Source of the DNA: Terriglobia bacterium
Lineage (GTDB): Bacteria > Acidobacteriota > UBA6911
Assembly (NCBI GenBank): GCA_963739235.1
Contig: CAVTZY010000024.1
Coordinates: 386,402 to 450,401, forward strand
DNA length: 64,000 nucleotides
Direction: 5' to 3'
Shown: piece after piece, positions 18,151-26,037 of the stretch
Layout: each line of letters begins with the position of its first letter
How positions within the stretch are numbered: position 1 is the first letter of the stretch
The notes under the pieces: generated by a model
The model's input: only the letters and a program-made list of their open reading frames with translations
The model's database searches: none
Told to the model about the DNA's origin: nothing
Translations under genes and position numbers: made by a program

Positions 18151-20238
18151 TTAACGCCTGGCATTGGCTCCCGAAAGCACACAGGTTGCCGTTGCGATCT
18201 TTGTCGGATCGCTTTCGGAGACTGCTTTCAGCGTAACCTTGGCTGATACAGCACTCCCCTGAGTCCGAGCTGCGTACACCGATATCGGCTGAGTGTCCCC
18301 GAACTTGACTGCCGCCAGTGCGTTACGCAACTGTGCCGTCCACCCCTGGCCCTCGACCGAGACGGACATACGATAGATGTCGCTATCCAAAAATAAAGCC
18401 GCGTCTTGCGGATGCAGGGAAGCCGCGACCGGCGCGGCCGCGCCTGTGTTCTTTAATGTGAAGCTGCAGTCCGTCGACAATGCGGACACGCTCTGCGCGG
18501 GCGGCGGAGTCACCGACACGCCATGGGTTTGCGGGCCGGCGCCGTCCAGCGATCGTACCCCGACGATATAGGACAGGATTCCGTTCGCATCCCTCCGCAA
18601 GCCGATCATGTAGAAATGCATGCGGTTAGGCGTGTCCTCCCACTCGTACTGACTGCCGGAATTGAGACCGGCATGAAAAAGGGCGTCATTCACTTGCCGA
18701 TAGTCCGCGATCGTGCGCATCACGGGCGTGCCGTCCGGCCTCTTGAAATCGACCATATGAATATCTTCCGGATGGGCATCGATCACCCAATTGAAGCAAC
18801 CATAGCCTGTCGATGAATCGGCTCGCGTCCTGCTCTTGGTGATCAGCACGCCGTTATCCGGCGTAAAGGAGTCGTAGCCGATCCGCTGGACGACTTCCAG
18901 TGTGTAGAAGTTGAAGGTTGGCGCTCCGGCGCAAAGCGGGTCCTTATTGATGTCGCACGGCGGGGTCTTGTCTTGTGGGGCGTCGCCGTCAAGAGTGACC
19001 GTTATGCCGGCGAGCCCTGTCGGCCCTGGATCCACAGCCCTTGCAGTGACGGTGGCTACTGCCAAACCTGACCCTGCCAGGCCGTTTCGATTGAGCTTCA
19101 GGACTTGTTCCGGGCGGACAAATTCGAAGCGAATCCTCTCGCGCAGCATGAACCCCGCGGGCATGGCTGCCCCTTCGCTTGCGGGCACGACCCAGCGCCG
19201 GTGCGGTCCACCCGGCCCGTTGAACGAACCGCGGTCCATGATATCCCAGACCCCTGATCCAACTCGATGGTAAGGCGTCATATAGGGATTGTTATTGTTA
19301 TCTCCGGTGTTGAATGCGTAGTGGGCGATTTCGTGAGTGATGGTCCCGGAGTTCTCTCCCTGTCGCATCGACGACAGTCCCCACTGCTGTGCTCCGGCCT
19401 TCCAGGAGGTCCAGGGGACGTAGCGAGTGATGACCCACCCGGGCATGGTGGGATCGGGATTGCCCCACTCCGCTGGAATATCTTCCTTGGTCTGAAACTT
19501 CATTTCCCCGAATTCCTGCCACACGCTGGTTTCGTCATAGCCGGCGTAGATGCGCAGGACAATGTCGTACTTCTTCTTGATGTCGGCTCCGGCTTGCGCA
19601 GCCCAAAGAGCGTCGACATCGGCTTCCATGTTGCCGTTGCATAGGAACCCGGTGGGACAACCGCTCTGCTGCTTGTACTCGTTGAGACCGTACTGGAACA
19701 GGTTTTTCGGCATCCGGTACGGTCCGTAGGCATCCATCTTGGGAATGCCGATCTTGCCACGCGATTGCTGCATCCAATAGCCGTTGATTGTGTGACCATG
19801 GTTGATTTCGCCCGGCTTGTTCCAGAAGTCAGCGTAGAACTGGGGCACGTCCTCGCGCCGGACCGGGTCGATCTGCGGATTGCCGAAAAGGTCCGACTTT
19901 TTCGGGAGCGTGATCACGAAGGACTGATCAGGAAAATCGACGGCGACGAGCGCGATCTTCAATTGCCGGGCCGGAACCAGCGAAGGATCAGCCCAACTCT
20001 TGCCCGGGATAGGATGATAGTCGGCCCATGTCATATCCTGCTGGTCCTGGCATTTTTGCGGATCGATGGGCGCCAATGACGGAGGCTGGCTGCCAGCTGC
20101 CGCAGGCTTGGCCGTCGAATTCTGAGCCAGGATCGCTCGAGCACTCCACGCCACAGCGATTACCAGGATCAGGGAGAGAGACAGCAAAAAAAAGATACGT
20201 GCGAATCCGATGCGCGTTCTGAAAGTCTGATTTTCCAT
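18151..20238 (-). CDS. Secreted zinc metalloprotease (HExxH; possibly M6/immune-inhibitor-A-like)
   Basis: Zinc-binding motif TITHEIAHYAFNTGD. The signal peptide sits after the ATG at 20238 (MENQTFRTRIGFARIFFLLSLSLILVIAVAW). The track ORF extends to 20541, but that N-terminus has no signal peptide. Confidence 0.65.
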   Translation of the reverse strand: MENQTFRTRIGFARIFFLLSLSLILVIAVAWSARAILAQNSTAKPAAAGSQPPSLAPIDPQKCQDQQDMTWADYHPIPGKSWADPSLVPARQLKIALVAVDFPDQSFVITLPKKSDLFGNPQIDPVRREDVPQFYADFWNKPGEINHGHTINGYWMQQSRGKIGIPKMDAYGPYRMPKNLFQYGLNEYKQQSGCPTGFLCNGNMEADVDALWAAQAGADIKKKYDIVLRIYAGYDETSVWQEFGEMKFQTKEDIPAEWGNPDPTMPGWVITRYVPWTSWKAGAQQWGLSSMRQGENSGTITHEIAHYAFNTGDNNNNPYMTPYHRVGSGVWDIMDRGSFNGPGGPHRRWVVPASEGAAMPAGFMLRERIRFEFVRPEQVLKLNRNGLAGSGLAVATVTARAVDPGPTGLAGITVTLDGDAPQDKTPPCDINKDPLCAGAPTFNFYTLEVVQRIGYDSFTPDNGVLITKSRTRADSSTGYGCFNWVIDAHPEDIHMVDFKRPDGTPVMRTIADYRQVNDALFHAGLNSGSQYEWEDTPNRMHFYMIGLRRDANGILSYIVGVRSLDGAGPQTHGVSVTPPPAQSVSALSTDCSFTLKNTGAAAPVAASLHPQDAALFLDSDIYRMSVSVEGQGWTAQLRNALAAVKFGDTQPISVYAARTQGSAVSAKVTLKAVSESDPTKIATATCVLSGANARR

Positions 20239-20443
20239 AAGATACCTGTCTTGATTGAATATCGGATGAACTTTACGCCTCCCCTGCGAAGGGAGATGGG
20301 CGGTGTATTTCCATTGACTTCGAAAAAAATGCTGGCGCGATTGTAACAGAAAACCGCGGACACCCAATACTGTTCGGAGCCAGATCATGCTAGAATGCGG
20401 CCCGCAGGTTGCGAGGTACACTACCGAGCAGGGAGGAAGAGTT

Positions 20444-21205
20444 ATGGGTAATCGACGGTTTGGACACGCTGCGGTTTTAGCCGCGTGTTCGCTATTCATA
20501 TTGATGGCATACGCCGGGCCGAAGGATTTCTGGGTGACCAAACCCTACACCGACTGGACCGCCAAGGAGGTGGATAAGATCCTCATCAAAGATTCGCCCT
20601 GGACCCACGTGCTGCTGCGGAACGCCCCGTCCAGTGGAGGCGCCATAAGTGACACCGGAGCGGGCGGAGGGAACTCGAAGGGTGGCGGTGGAGGAGGCGG
20701 TGGCGGAAGAAATAGTGGTGGCGGAGGTGGCGGTTCGGAAGGCCCGCCGCCAATCTACATGAACTGGTACGCGCGGCCGATTCGCGAAGCGGTTGCGCGG
20801 CAGATGATGTTGAGCGTGCCGAATACGTCCAAAGAGCAGATCGCCGGCATTCTGAATCGCAAATCTGAGTTTTATGAAGTGATGCTGAGGGGTTTTTTGC
20901 CTGGTGGCGGCGGGGGCCGCGGAAGCCGGGGAGTCTCCGGGGATGCCGCTGCGGCGCTGACAAAATTCAAAGAGGACACGTGCCTGCAAAAAAAAGACGG
21001 CACGAAGATTCCCCTCGCAAACCTGATCATGCCACGAACCAGGACTGATCCCGCATTTCTGCAGTTTGCCAAGGAGATCGACGGCAAGCCCACATGCACA
21101 CTCGAAGATAAGGAGATAACGCTGGTAATCAGGATCGACGACAACATCTTCAAATATAAATTCAAGTTTGCCGACATGATGATCAACGACAAACTGGAGC
21201 TCTAG
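20444..21205 (+). CDS. Secreted hypothetical protein with poly-Gly tract
   Basis: ATG at 20444 is preceded by GGAGGAAGAG. Has a signal peptide (FGHAAVLAACSLFILMAYA) and a glycine run (GGGNSKGGGGGGGGGRNSGGGGGG). Confidence 0.55.
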   Translation: MGNRRFGHAAVLAACSLFILMAYAGPKDFWVTKPYTDWTAKEVDKILIKDSPWTHVLLRNAPSSGGAISDTGAGGGNSKGGGGGGGGGRNSGGGGGGSEGPPPIYMNWYARPIREAVARQMMLSVPNTSKEQIAGILNRKSEFYEVMLRGFLPGGGGGRGSRGVSGDAAAALTKFKEDTCLQKKDGTKIPLANLIMPRTRTDPAFLQFAKEIDGKPTCTLEDKEITLVIRIDDNIFKYKFKFADMMINDKLEL

Positions 21206-21242
21206 CGTCTGCAGTTTTCGATGGCAGCGTAACGCAAAAGAT

Positions 21243-21312
21243 CAACGCGGAGGTCGCAGAGAAAAGGCTTTCAAAGGCAAGAACCCTCTGCAGCCTCTGC
21301 GTTAAGGTTTTT
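21243..21312 (+). terminator. CGCAGAG-family hairpin terminator
   Basis: AACGCGGAGGTCGCAGAG..CTCTGCAGCCTCTGCGTT followed by AAGGTTTTT, 38 nt after the stop at 21205. Confidence 0.55.
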
Positions 21313-21454
21313 GGCATGCGCCTATGTCGCTTTGTGCGGTCATCCCGGGGAATTGCGTGATTGATGGTATACTTCGCGGGGAGTTCCCAGGCATGCCGCA
21401 CCGCATGGCGGACGCCACTTGCAATGAACCCTAGAAAGAAAAGGAGAGAAATCA

Positions 21455-22121
21455 ATGCGTCTGATGGTGAAGAGTTTTATGACAATTTTGGCACTGCCTT
21501 GTGTCGTTGCGTTGGGACCAGGTTTTCCGCAGGCCGAGGCTCAAGCGATCAAGGAGAAACTCATGAATCCTGCAGCACTCACGGAAAAAGCGCCGGAAAC
21601 ATTCCAGGCACAATTTGACACCACGAAGGGCACATTTTTGATTGAAGTGACCCGTGCCTGGGCTCCAGCCGGGGCCGACCGCTTCTATAATCTGGTCAAG
21701 AACGGATACTATGACAATTGCCGATTCTTCCGCGTCATGTCGGGATTCATGGCGCAGTTCGGCATCAATGGTGATCCCAAGCTCAATACGGTCTGGAACC
21801 AGGCGCGCATCAAGGATGATAAGGTCCTGCAGTCCAACAAGCGCGGATATGTCTCCTATGCCACGGCCGGTCCGAATTCCCGCACTACTCAGCTCTTTAT
21901 TAATTTTAGCCGACAATTCCTGGTCTTGACAGCCAGGGCTTTGCCCCCTTCGGCAAGGTAAGCGCAGAAGGAATGAAAGTCGTCGATGCTTTCTATTCCT
22001 CCTATGGCGAAACGCCAGCGAGACCAGGGGAACATCCAGATGCAGGGCAATACCTATCCTGGACAAGAACTTTCCGAAGCTCGACTTCATCAAGTCTGCC
22101 GTTATCTTCAACGCCAAATAG
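21455..22121 (+). pseudogene. Cyclophilin-type peptidyl-prolyl isomerase, disrupted by about four frameshifts in its last third
   Basis: The intact N-terminal two thirds include ..FFRVMSGFMAQFGINGDP..TTQLFINF. The expected continuation ADNSW / LDSQGFAPFGKV..MKVVDAFYSSYGE / DQGNIQMQGNTY / LDKNFPKLDFIKSAVIFNAK is spread over all three forward frames, with frame changes near 21910, 21924, 22020 and 22054. Confidence 0.75.
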
Positions 22122-22184
22122 CGTTGCGGTCGGATTTCGACACGGCACTCAACACACTAAGCCGCATGTCCGCATCGCAAGAAC

Positions 22185-22258
22185 CTCAACGCAGAGGTTG
22201 CTGAGGCCGCAGAGGATCTTTAAAAGATCTCCCTCTGCGACCTTCGCGACCTCTCTGG
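22185..22258. terminator. CGCAGAG-family hairpin after the cyclophilin pseudogene
   Basis: CGCAGAGGTTGCTGAGGCCGCAGAGGATCTTT / AAAGATCTCCCTCTGCGACCTTCGCGACCTCTC inverted arms. Confidence 0.4.
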
Positions 22259-22264
22259 AAACTT

Positions 22265-22465
22265 GCCTCCCGAAACAGGGCCGAAGGCCCGATTCATACC
22301 AGCCTGGGGCAACGCCCCAGGTGCTGGGGCGATTTTTGTTTATAGGGCTGAAAGCCCGTTTCATTTGGAGCGGGCCTTCAGCCCTTCTTTTCTGCCATTC
22401 CCCAATCCTGGGGCGTTGCCCCAGGCTGGTATGGAGCGCGCCTTCGGCGCTGGGCCCTATGGAGC
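22265..22465. repeat. Inverted pair of REP-like units (CCAGCCTGGGGCAACGCCCCAGG family)
   Basis: CATACCAGCCTGGGGCAACGCCCCAGG sits at ~22297 and its reverse complement at ~22400-22430. This is the same family that flanks the RAYT gene at 42.7-43.9 kb. Confidence 0.65.
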
Positions 22466-22598
22466 ACATGGAGTTTCTGATTTCAATGAACGCCGCAGCC
22501 GTCGAATGAACGCCGCAGCCGTCGTAAGAGCTCTGCGTTGGTTATTTCAAGCCCTCTCTCATTTATTTCATATAAATCACATTTTTCATGAAATTGTG

Positions 22599-22627
22599 TT
22601 GACAATGATTTCATGCCATGGTATTTG
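22599..22627 (+). promoter_or_regulatory. Sigma70-like promoter candidate for the REC-mraZ pair
   Basis: TTGACA (22599-22604), a 17-nt spacer ending TGG, then TATTTG (22622-22627). Confidence 0.4.
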
Positions 22628-22639
22628 AGTATCGTGTCG

Positions 22640-22674
22640 GTGGGAAAAAGTGGAAAAAAGAGGCAAAAGGTGCC
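22640..22674 (+). promoter_or_regulatory. Candidate MraZ operator: four direct repeats phased at exactly 10 bp
   Basis: GTGGG-aaaaa-GTGGA-aaaaa-GAGGC-aaaag-GTGCC, starting at 22640, 22650, 22660 and 22670. Resembles the phased GTGGG/TGGGN boxes bound by MraZ in other bacteria. Confidence 0.45.
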
Positions 22675-22800
22675 GCTAAACACAAAGCAAATCGCCTGGT
22701 AGTGGAAAAGCAGGGTGGGCCCAAGGACGTAGGCCGAACACCAATGAAGAGGTTGGTCCTGTAGGGAGGCGGGACAACCCTTGAGGCTCGCTGAGGAATC

Positions 22801-23190
22801 ATGAAAGCAAAGGGAAATATTCTGGTTGTAGATGATGAACCCTGTGTTCGCGACATTTATCTCCAATTTCTGCGCATGTCCGGCTACGAAGTCGATGCCA
22901 GCGGGTCCGGCGAGGAGGCCCTGCAGGCCGTCGCCCAACAGCCCTACGATCTCCTGATTCTTGACTTGTGCTTGACGGGGATGGACGGGCTCGCGACCTT
23001 TTCACGCGTGCAGACGATCGCCCCTGACACCAAGGCAGTCGTAGTTTCCGGTTCCCTGGACAGATTTGAGTCGGAGTTGAAACATGCTCAAAGGAATGGC
23101 CTGGCGGGAGTGCTTGCCAAGCCTTTTGCATTGCGGGATCTTTCCGCGTTGGTCGAGTCTGCTTTTGACGGCCGGAGGCGAGCGGCTTAG
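22801..23190 (+). CDS. Stand-alone response-regulator receiver (CheY-like) protein
   Basis: Has VVDDE, the phospho-acceptor context LLILDLCLTGMDG, VVVSGS and AKPF. All REC signature residues are present and there is no output domain. Confidence 0.85.
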   Translation: MKAKGNILVVDDEPCVRDIYLQFLRMSGYEVDASGSGEEALQAVAQQPYDLLILDLCLTGMDGLATFSRVQTIAPDTKAVVVSGSLDRFESELKHAQRNGLAGVLAKPFALRDLSALVESAFDGRRRAA

Positions 23191-23238
23191 TTGCGTGTGC
23201 CGCTCTCGCTGCGCGGATCCAATCTGCCGGGTTTAATT

Positions 23239-23694
23239 ATGATTGAAGGCTTTCTGGACTTTCACGGCTCCTTTTATCACACCGTTGACGTCAAGGGACG
23301 TGTCAGCCTGCCCGCCAAATTCCGCACCATGATCGGCCAGCGTGTCGTCGTCACCCTGGGCTTTGATCCCTGCGTCTGGATTCTCCCCGAGTCGAGCTGG
23401 GAAACCTGGCTCAAGAAGGTGCGCTCCATGTCGCAGCTGGACCCTTCAGTCCGAAAGCTCACCCGTCACATGGTTGGCAATGCCCAGGAGTGCGAAATCG
23501 ACCGCCTCGGCCGGATTCACCTTTCCGCACCTATCCGCGCCTATGCGGGCATCGACAAGGACGTCGTTGTGATGGGAATGATCGATGCCATCGAAATCTG
23601 GGACAAGGATCGGTTCGAACAGCGGCAGGCCTCCGACATCACAGCCCTGAACAGCGGCACTCAATCGCCTATTTCCGCACCAGCCCGAACCTGA
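23239..23694 (+). CDS. mraZ: Transcriptional regulator MraZ
   Basis: Two SpoVT/AbrB-type halves carry DxxxR motifs (DVKGRVSLPAKFR and IDRLGRIHLSAPIR). The ATG at 23239 is preferred to the TTG at 23191. Confidence 0.85.
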   Translation: MIEGFLDFHGSFYHTVDVKGRVSLPAKFRTMIGQRVVVTLGFDPCVWILPESSWETWLKKVRSMSQLDPSVRKLTRHMVGNAQECEIDRLGRIHLSAPIRAYAGIDKDVVVMGMIDAIEIWDKDRFEQRQASDITALNSGTQSPISAPART

Positions 23695-25564
23695 TGTGGG
23701 ATGCGCATTCCTTCGTGCTGTAGACGCGCTCGATTGCCTTCTGGAAATCGCTCTCCACGGCATGATAGATATCGACAAATTTTTGCGGATTGAGGTCGAT
23801 CATGGGGAACCACGTGCCTTGGACCTGGACCATGATTCTGTGTCCTTCCTTGAAGGTGTGAAAGACGTCCTGCAATTCGAATTCGATCTCGGTGATCTGA
23901 CCGGGAACAAAAGGTTCCGGCATGGACAGGCTGCGGCGGAACTTCCCGCGCAACACATCCCCGCGGATCAGCATTTGATACCCACCCAGATTTACGTTGC
24001 CAGGGTTGGGATCCGGATTGCGCATCCCATCCGGGAAAACGTCGATGACTTTCACGACCCAGTCCGAATCGGTTCCCGAGGTAGTGACGAACAGACTTGC
24101 CGCTATGGGGCCGGCAACGGTCACACCGTCGGTGAGGGGCTCGCTCTGATACACGAGCACGTCAGGACGCGTCGCGGCAAACCGCTGGTTTTCGAGCATG
24201 AAAGCCGGGTTGTACCAATGAACGATTTCGGAGGTATAGGGAACCGGCTTCGCCGGATCGCTTACATATTCCCGATAACCGGCAGCGGAGGAGGAAGGCG
24301 GTGACCACGACAAAGCCCCATTCGTTTGCAGGTAGAGATCTTTCGCTTCCAGATTCCGCGGTGGCCAGCTTTCCAGCGAGCGCCATTGGTTGGCGCCGGT
24401 TTCGAAAACGAAAGCTCCGGGCAGATCGAGTTTGCCTTGATCTTTCAGGTAATAGTTGAAGAAGGGCACCTCCACCCGGTCGGTATACTCGTCCGCGGTC
24501 TTCGAGCCAAAGTCGATCGCCCCCAGTCTCTGGCCGTCGGTCGCGCTCCATTCCCCGTGGGACCACGGACCCATGACGAGCATGCTTTTTGCATTGGGAT
24601 CCTGCTGCTTGATGGCCTGGTAGGTGTGGAGCGCGCCAAAGAGGTTTTCCGTGTCAAACCATCCACCCACCACCATGACTGCAGGTTTGATGTTTTTGAG
24701 ATGCGGAAGAATATTGCGCGCATCCCAGAAAGCATCCCAGGTGCCGTGCTGCATGAGTTCGTTCCAGAATGCCACCTGGTCCTTCAAATACTTCGTATTT
24801 GCGTTCGGCAGCGGCCCCATCTCCAGAAAGAATTTGTACCCGTCCGGGGTCCTATGGTCGAATTGCTTGTCGGGCTCCGACTTCGGCGCGGGGCGGGGCC
24901 AGCCGAACCAACTGTAGAAATCAAAAGCATGAGGGAGAAGAAACGCCCCGTTGTGAAAGAAATCGTCGCCCCCCATCCATTTGGAAACCGGGGCTTGCGG
25001 GGACGCCGCTTTGACGGCAGGGTGGGCATCGATTATCCCCATGGACGTATAGAATCCCGGATAGGAAATCCCGCTGATCCCCACGCGTCCGTTGTTTTGC
25101 GGCACGTTCTTGATCAGCCAGTCGACGGTGTCGTAGGTGTCCGTTGTTTCATCGATGTCGAGATTGCTGTGCTTGACCGGCAGGTAGGGCCGCACGTTCA
25201 CGTACTCCCCTTCAGACATGTAGCGTCCGCGAACATCCTGATAGACCACGATGTATCCTTCATGAAAGTACCGCGTCCGTTGTCTCCCCGGTTCATTGAT
25301 GTATTTGTCCGGGCCATAAGGGGCCACGCTGTATGGCGTGCGTGTCATGATGATGGGGTATTTGCGATGAGTATCTTTGGGAACATAGACCGCTGTGAAG
25401 AGCTTGATGCCGTCCCTCATCGGGATCTGGTATTCGTATTTTTTGTAATGCTGGCGGATGTATTGAGACTCCGCCGCCCCAATCGAGATCGTGCCTGTGA
25501 ACAGAACGACAGAGACCCACAGGGCAATTACCAGGATTTTAGCGGATCGTTCCCATCTCGACAT
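23669..25564 (-). CDS. CocE/NonD-family serine hydrolase (S15 Xaa-Pro dipeptidyl-peptidase-like), secreted
   Basis: Has a signal peptide, a TRTPY motif, the nucleophile elbow GISGISYPGFY and a C-terminal beta-sandwich-like region. Confidence 0.8.
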   Translation of the reverse strand: MSRWERSAKILVIALWVSVVLFTGTISIGAAESQYIRQHYKKYEYQIPMRDGIKLFTAVYVPKDTHRKYPIIMTRTPYSVAPYGPDKYINEPGRQRTRYFHEGYIVVYQDVRGRYMSEGEYVNVRPYLPVKHSNLDIDETTDTYDTVDWLIKNVPQNNGRVGISGISYPGFYTSMGIIDAHPAVKAASPQAPVSKWMGGDDFFHNGAFLLPHAFDFYSWFGWPRPAPKSEPDKQFDHRTPDGYKFFLEMGPLPNANTKYLKDQVAFWNELMQHGTWDAFWDARNILPHLKNIKPAVMVVGGWFDTENLFGALHTYQAIKQQDPNAKSMLVMGPWSHGEWSATDGQRLGAIDFGSKTADEYTDRVEVPFFNYYLKDQGKLDLPGAFVFETGANQWRSLESWPPRNLEAKDLYLQTNGALSWSPPSSSAAGYREYVSDPAKPVPYTSEIVHWYNPAFMLENQRFAATRPDVLVYQSEPLTDGVTVAGPIAASLFVTTSGTDSDWVVKVIDVFPDGMRNPDPNPGNVNLGGYQMLIRGDVLRGKFRRSLSMPEPFVPGQITEIEFELQDVFHTFKEGHRIMVQVQGTWFPMIDLNPQKFVDIYHAVESDFQKAIERVYSTKECASHIRFGLVRK

Positions 25565-25789
25565 AATAGCTCCCTAAAATATTTCCCCGCATGGTACAAC
25601 TCCACAACCCTAATCCCAAGCCGAAACACCTCCCATATGTGATTCGGGCAGCAAAAGCTAAAAGCCGCCACAAATGGCACGGAGCGGCACGGTCGCAATC
25701 CACCAATTTCACCGCGGAGATGCGAAGGTCGCAGAGAGTTGCGAACTACGAACAACTCCCGGTTCCTTTCTGTCGCCCTGTCAGGGCTC

Positions 25790-25990
25790 TTCTTCCTTTC
25801 ACCCTTTACCCCGGGCTGCGCCTTGCTTGCCCGGGGCTACTATCTTGCCGCCGCTGCCGCGGCTGCCGGGGCGCTGCCCCGGAGGGGCAGTGAGAAAGTA
25901 GCCGGGGGCAAGCGAAAGCGCAGCCCCCGGTAGGCCATCGCAAGGGAACGAGCCCTGAAGGGGCGAAAGAAAATCCTGCGCGGCCTGGTA
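25790..25990. repeat. REP-like cluster of the CCCCGGGC..GCCCGGGG family
   Basis: CCCCGGGCTGCGCCTTGCTTGCCCGGGGCTACTATCT and related hairpins. The same family occurs at ~52005-52200 and ~54655-54800. Confidence 0.55.
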
Positions 25991-26037
25991 AGGTTTTTCC
26001 CCACTGTCTTATTCGCAGACTCGCCATTCGGCGACCG

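Noticed and set aside
22486-22524. Direct duplication AATGAACGCCGCAGCCGTCG x2
   Set aside because: It is a single 20-bp tandem duplication in an intergenic region with no associated structure or gene. It is probably a slippage scar.
24326-25642. 438-aa ORF on the plus strand (similar cases: 32480..33364-, 33870..34817-, 29701..30738+, 44304..45509+, 49385..50347+, 11571..12437+, 27688..28557+, 2457..3233+)
   Set aside because: Each is antisense to a gene with clear family motifs. They are Arg/Gly/Pro-rich low-information translations typical of GC-rich shadow ORFs.
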